A stretch of DNA of 64,000 nt from NCBI GenBank assembly GCA_030141605.1, contig JAQGDQ010000034.1, positions 868,001-932,000 on the forward strand, read 5' to 3'. Position numbers and translations under genes: made by a program. Positions 63,756 to 64,000 of this stretch are shown here, piece by piece; position 1 is the stretch's first letter; each line of letters starts with the position of its first letter. Below the pieces are notes generated by a model that worked only from the letters and a program-made list of their open reading frames with translations, did not search any database and had not been told where the DNA came from. Origin of the DNA: Tubiluchus corallicola. Its lineage: Eukaryota > Animalia > Priapulida.

Positions 63756-64000
63756 CTAAGGGCTGTACCACACTCTTGGCTACTAAGGGCTGTACCACAC
63801 TCTTGGCTACTAAGGGCTGTACCACACTCTTGGCTACTAAGGGCTGTACCACTCTTGGCTACTAAGGGCTGTACCACACTCTTGGCTACTAAGGGCTGTA
63901 CCACTCTTGGCTACTAAGGGCTGTACCACTCTTGGCTACTAAGGGCTGTACCACACTCTTGGCTACTAAGGGCTGTACCACACTCTTGGCTACTAAGGGC
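63756..64000. repeat. 27/25-bp minisatellite running off the window end
   Basis: Unit CTAAGGGCTGTACCA(CA)CTCTTGGCTA, about 9 copies visible. Confidence 0.97.

Overview
AT-rich, intron-rich animal (invertebrate-like) genomic DNA, not prokaryotic. I assembled three spliced protein-coding genes by hand, and the splice phases close correctly in each. (1) The 3' part (22 exons, + strand, 698-21463) of an Erbin/Densin-180-type LAP protein with LRR, LAPSD, a long disordered middle and a single C-terminal PDZ; one intron is GC-AG. (2) A complete MRPL45 (8 exons, - strand, 360 aa), convergent with the LAP gene. (3) A complete R3HDM1/2-ARPP21/encore-family RNA-binding protein (20 coding exons, - strand, about 1196 aa; R3H, SUZ, Q/P-rich, C-terminal RRM-like). 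The introns are packed with MITEs (Tc1/mariner, hAT, Kolobok-like), Helitron ends, LINE fragments and satellites. The most unusual items are a full-length but terminator-less 5S rRNA copy fused to an RTE-like 5' region in an MRPL45 intron, inverted MITE pairs that bracket phase-symmetric exon blocks (candidate circRNA or skipping modules, one giving a stop-free 759-nt circle), two hAT insertions into the TIRs of related mariner-type MITEs, and a GATA-dense 23-bp satellite. Family assignments come from remembered sequence motifs, not database searches.
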